A DNA stretch of 64,000 nt from Pecten maximus. Lineage: Eukaryota. Below the pieces are notes generated by a model, which saw only the letters and a program-made list of their open reading frames with translations, did no database searches and was not told the origin of the DNA. This document shows, in pieces, positions 58,766-64,000 of the stretch (the stretch's first letter is position 1; each line of letters opens with the position of its first letter). The stretch lies in assembly GCF_902652985.1 (NCBI RefSeq), contig NC_047017.1, positions 5,518,001 through 5,582,000 of the forward strand. The letters are read 5' to 3'. Both the position numbers and the translations under genes were made by a program.

Positions 58766-61700
58766 ATGAGAGGGGCACATGATTTGGAGCTGAGTTTGGT
58801 CCTAGGACTTGTGACATTTAGTGTTTATTTCACCACTTTGTACCCATCATTACCAGGAGGTGACTCAGGTATGTTACTGTCCTAACCCCTCCCATCCCAT
58901 CCCTCCCAACCCCTCAAACCCCTCCCATGTATAGGTAACCATTCTAAACAGATCTCTACCAGGAGGAGACTCAGGTATGTTACTGAACCCTGGGCTGCAC
59001 CTCCCAACCCCTCCCAACCCCAACCCCCATCTCAACACCCCTCCCCCTCCCAACCCCTCTCAACCTCTCCCTGGTATCGTGGTAACCATTCTAAACAGAT
59101 CTCTACCAGGAGGAGACTCAGGTATGTTACTGAACCCTGGGCTGCACCTCCCGACCCCTCCCGAGGCCCAACCCCTGACTCCCAACCCCCATCTCAACAC
59201 CCACCCCCCTCCCAACCCCTCTCAACCTCTCCCTGGTATCGTGGTAACCTTTCTGAACAGATCTCTACCAGGAGGAGACTCAGTATGTTACTGAACCCTG
59301 GGCTGCACCTCCCAACCCTTCCCGAACCCCAACCTCCAACTTCCAACCCCCATCTCAACACCCATCCCCCTCCCAACCTCTCCCTGGTATCGTGGTAACC
59401 TTTCTGAACAGATCTCTACCAGGAGGTGAGACTTGGGTATGTTACTGAACCCTGGGCTTCACCTGCCAACCCCTCCCGAGCCCCAACCCCCAACTCCCAA
59501 CCCCTCCCAACACCCATCCCCCTCCCAACCCCTCCAAACCCCTCCCAACCTCTCCCTGGTATCGTGGTAACCTTTCTGAACAGATCTCTACCAGGAGGAG
59601 ATTCAGGTATGTTACTGAACCCTGGGCTGCACCTCCCAACCCCTCCCGAGCCCCAACCCCCAACTCCCAACCCCTCCCAACACCCATCCCCCTCCCAACC
59701 CCTCCCAACCTCTCCCAATCTCTCCCTGGTATCGTGGTAACCTTTCTGAACAGATCTCTACCAGGAGGAGATTCAGGTATGTTACTGAACTCTGGGCTGC
59801 ACCTCCCAACCCTTCCTGAGCCCCAACCCCCTACTCCCAACCCCCATCTCAACACCCATCCCCCTCCCAACCTCTCCCAACCTCTCCCTGGTATCGTGGT
59901 AACCTTTCAGAACAGATCTCTACCAGGAGGTGAGACTTGGGTATGTTACTGAACCCTGGGCTGCACCTCCCAACCCCTCCCGAGCCCCAACCCCTCAAAC
60001 CTCTCCCATGTATTGGTAACCATTCTGAACAGATCTCTATCAGAAGGAGACTCAGTATGTTACTGACATCCACTCTCAACCGAGGCCAATCCCCTGTATT
60101 TTAGATACTATATATATAAAACTCACTGCTACAGTGCTGCTCATTAAAAGTCTAACATTCCAAAAACTGATCATTTTCAACAGTAACTCATTTTGGGAAG
60201 TTTTCTGAGAAATAACACAATTGCATAATTTAAGAAATCGAAAGAAAGAAATTCATATTCAGGATGGCTTTTGAATAAAATGAGGACTTGATGGCAGTGA
60301 ATTCTTAAGTTCTGGATAATAATGCTGGAATTTAAAACTGCTATTCATCATGTACAATAGATTCCTTTAAAAATCTGTAAAATTAATTATTTATGTTACA
60401 TAACATGTATTATTAAGTTTTAGGAAAGAAATATTTCGAAATGTAATTGACAGTAAAACAAGTTTATTGTTATTGATTATCAGGAGAACTTGCTGCTGCA
60501 GCACAGGAACTTGGGGTAAGAAATGCGCTCACAATCTATTTTTTTTTATTCAATGCAGTACTATGGCAAGCCATTATAGAAAAAAAGAGGCATTTATAAA
60601 TATCAATATTTAATAAATCATTTATTGATTTTGGTAATGAATCATGTATCAATATAGGCACTATTTAATTTCTACTACCCTGAACGTGTGTTATTCTGTA
60701 TTGATGTCAGTAAAGCCAATTGTTTGATTATATTTTGAGAATATATAATTAGTACCAGCTGATTCAGGTGTCAATTTCATAAATCAACAATCGATATTGT
60801 GTCCTTGAAAATTTTATAAAATATTATTTTTTGAATGTTGAATAAATTTTCCTCGTATGAAGTGTGCTACAGTCTTAGTCTTAGCTGAAATCTTGCCTGT
60901 CGATATCATGTCTACCAGTATATGTTTTATGTACATTCTGTTTGATATTTTGGTCTGAACAGGTCGCCCACCCTCCTGGCTACCCTGTGTTTACAATGCT
61001 GGCCTGGTTGGCTATACGACTAGTACCGGGTGGAAGTGTGGCGTGGCGAGTCAATCTACAGACGTCCATGTTTGGAGGGGTAGCCATAGTGTTTCTAGCA
61101 CTCACTGTTCTCAGGTACTAGCTGTAGTTCTAAATGTTCCTTCTGACTCTCATTCACCTAGAAGGAAAACAATTTCAGGGCTTTTTCTCACTGGTTTGGG
61201 ATGGAGCCTTTTTGTCTCATTTCGGGAAGAAAATTAGTGAATTGGGAAAGGTTTTCAGGAGTAAACTGCACATTTTGGGAATTTGGCTTTAAAATGAAAT
61301 ATTTCCAATTGGGAATGGGGCCCATTAACAGCCTCAAAAAGCCCTCAGAAAAAGCCCTGAATCTTACGGCATTTTGGTTGGCAATAGGTGGGATTGGGGC
61401 ATAACTTACTGACTAATCCCTTTGTCATTTTTGTATGTCAATAAAATATGTTTAAACTAAACAAAGAAAACTAAACAGGAAGTTAGGTATACGATCCATT
61501 GTTGGTCCGTAACAGAATTTGATGTTTATCAAGAAAGCTATCACTGTGGAGTATGGCATTGATAAAGAAATACATGTCATGGTCTTCAGGGATTCAAGAA
61601 TTTAAAAGCTATGTATGATATATCATATCCAAAATGAAAATTTAGAGCCCTGGAATAACTTAAAACAACAACATCAGTTTTGATGAGGTGAAATAGTTTT

Positions 61701-63867
61701 CAATTTTATTTTGAAGAAAATTGATTGCAAAATCTAATAAAATGTCCAAAGATTTTGATGAATGATTTTTATTTGAAAAAACATACAGTGTATCATCAGA
61801 AGCCAAAGCTATGTTGTTAAATATGACCATGAACAAAAGCCAAGAAATAACATTACTATTATGAAAAGTCAAACCAAAGTTTAACCAGATTTTAAAGACA
61901 TGAATTTACAGCTGATAAGTCCTTGACAAATGGAGAGAACTTAATGATGAGGAGGGATTAAGTATTGTATAATGCTGAATATTCAATTTTAGACTGACCG
62001 GCCGCCCATCAGCAGCTGTGCTAGCAGTAGGTATGTGGGGTTGGTGTAAGCTTACCTGGGCATGGTCCATCACGGCCGAAGTCTTTGGCCTCAACAACAT
62101 GTTCGTGGCTCTGCTCATGTTCCTGGCTCTGAAGTTTGAGGACGCTGATAAGCAGTCACAAATCAAGGTGTGTATACAGGTACAGATGTGGAAGAGTATG
62201 TACATGATAAACTACAAAATATAAATATATATAGGTACTAGCAGGGCCAAAACATATGCCAAGTCGACATGTGCTTTCAAACCCAAGAGTCAAATCTGAT
62301 TTTTGGGGAGTCAAAAACATACTCTCAAGGGTCTACTGGATGCCCTGACAATTTTAACATTAACTAAAAAGTCTTTGATTTAGATATATCTTCATGCAGA
62401 TTGTGACTGTATACATCCTTGATATTTTATATCAGATAAGAGGTCGGAAAACAAAGGATTAATATTAGACAGGATGTGAAAATATTCAGGTGTCTAAATG
62501 CTAAAATGTTGTATTAGATATGATGTCAGAATTTTTGGGGGATTGGTTCAGATAGTAGGTCAGAATACTCAGGTGTCAGAATGCTAAAATGTCATATTTG
62601 GTATGGTGTTAGAATTTTCTGGGGATCGGTTAAGATAGGATGTCAGAATACTCAGGTGTCAGAATACATGTTTTTTCCAGAATCATAACATGTCGGATAA
62701 GACAGGGCATCAGAGTACTCGAGTGTCTTTGTACGAGTTGTCACTCTATTTCTACATGATTTCAGATGTCACTTGTGGGATCATTCATGTGTGCTCTCTC
62801 ACTGTGTAACCAACATACCATGGTCGTCTATGTGTTTTGTCTGGCAGTCTGGGTCATTTATACTCTTCACAAAAAACAGGTAAATGTTTATTTTCATAAT
62901 CGTGCTGTGCTCAGGAAGTCTGTAAACCAATTGTTCCAATCTCTGGTTACCATGGCAACTAAAACAGATGCTCATGTTATTAATATACATAAAAATGGCA
63001 CCTTATCAAAAAAGTTTTTAGTGTAAATTGTATAACAATGATGTTGTATAAAAATCTCAGGAAAATAATACTACCTCAAATATGTTCATAAGATGGCCAT
63101 CCTATACATTAACAACTTAGTGTAGAAAGCTTTACAATAGCTTTTTGTCTGATAAAATTGAAGGTGTGCTTTCTCAAAAAGTAACTCTTAGACTCGTGAA
63201 ACCAGAAGTGTGAACGAAAAATATTATGTAATCCCTATCGCTGTACCGCTTAACCGTTCATGTGTATCAGAAAGGTGTACTGTAACTTTGCTAGGCCAAT
63301 CACATGAGGTGCGTTTGAAACGAGAGCCGTGATTGGTCGGAATTGCAAGTTATGTGTGCAGGAGTGCATCAATATAGTGTTGTCACAGGTAGGCCTACAT
63401 GTCAATAAAGTTACAAGCGTATTCGATAACGGGCGGTCACTAACCTAAATGAAGGTACGGATGCATGATGTGTTTGCAAACATTGTATGAATCTTTCGTT
63501 AAATACACTGGAATATACACACTGGAAGCATTGACTTGTGTTGCAATACAAAACAGTTGTCTGGTAATCTTATGGCAAAACTAGCAAAAATTGGACACAA
63601 GTGCAAAAAAAATCAATAAAAGAAAGTCAATTTTACTATTTTATTTAATCCAGTGTATCACTACAATCTCAAATATTTTTGTTTTAGATTCTATCTTTCA
63701 GCGTGTTGATGAAGATTGGTCTGTCCTTTCTGACTGGCCTTTTGCCTTACCTATATCTACCTCTGTCCAGCTGGTTTTTACGGTCAAGGTGGACGTGGGG
63801 TGACCAGAGGTCACTGGCTGGACTGCTAACTCACCTGCTGAGGAGGGAGTATGGCACATTTGATCTG
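58766..63867 (+). CDS. TMEM260: TMEM260 protein O-mannosyltransferase, 3'-partial. Exons 58766(or 58759)-58868, 60484-60515, 60963-61114, 61993-62167, 62766-62879, 63688-63867
   Basis: [63 protein letters not shown] and [19 protein letters not shown] match recalled TMEM260. Phases agree. The start codon is uncertain because coding could begin in an upstream exon. Confidence 0.95.
58845..60070 (+). repeat. C-rich tandem array (106-170-bp units) amplifying the 3' end and donor of the first visible TMEM260 coding exon, 8 extra copies
   Basis: TCTCTACCAGGAGGAGACTCAG|GTATGTTACTG-like junctions near 58974, 59122, 59283, 59437, 59606, 59776, 59940 and 60055, separated by CCCAACCCCT tracts. Confidence 0.95.
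61176..61359. mobile_element. MITE with 13-bp perfect TIRs CAGGGCTTTTTCT
   Basis: CAGGGCTTTTTCT...AGAAAAAGCCCTG with flanks AATTT / AATCT. A second copy lies at 9817-10008. Confidence 0.8.
62430..62730. repeat. Degenerate tandem repeat (GATGTCAGAATACTCAGGTGTCAGAAT) before a TMEM260 acceptor
   Basis: GTCAGAAT and TCAGGTGTC motifs recur through the interval. Confidence 0.6.
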
Positions 63868-64000
63868 GTAAGCTGATAAATAAACCAAAGTGTAACTCTT
63901 TTTTTTTAATTACCTGTCAGGGTTAGCAGACTTTGAAAAGGCATTAAAACAAGGATTTGCCCTATAAAAAGCCTTATAATTTATAAAAAAAGAAAGGCTC

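Noticed and set aside
58977-60079. Pro-rich and Gly-rich ORFs in the TMEM260 intron
   Set aside because: They are translations of the tandem array. Unit indels break the frames and a stop separates them from the real exon.

Overview
AT-rich eukaryotic genomic DNA with spliceosomal introns. It is probably a mollusc or bivalve, inferred from its repeat families rather than proven. I assembled seven multi-exon genes by hand from splice phases: a C19orf47-like SAM-fold gene (-, runs off the left edge), a divergent 139-aa profilin-fold gene (+, head-to-head with it), PAF1 (+, 13 exons), STPG4/C2orf61-like (+, 8 exons, GC-AG first intron), ETAA1-like ATR activator (+, 9 exons), an uncharacterised 324-aa Ser/Thr-Pro-rich gene with basic nucleosome-binding-like motifs (-), and TMEM260 (+, runs off the right edge). 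Main observations: (1) miniature LTR retroelements (TRIM-like) whose LTRs contain a tRNA-derived Pol III promoter, including a complete copy with PBS, PPT and 4-bp TSD and a solo LTR inserted in a PAF1 splice donor; (2) an ETAA1 tail with five RPA32-binding-type motifs, four of them directly behind full CDK sites; (3) repeated tandem amplification of real exon/intron junctions in several genes; (4) a 12-nt PAF1 microexon candidate; (5) CAGGG-ended MITEs with 5-bp TSDs; (6) two apparent 1-bp frameshifts, possibly assembly errors. Gene identities come from my recall of homologous protein sequences, not from database searches.
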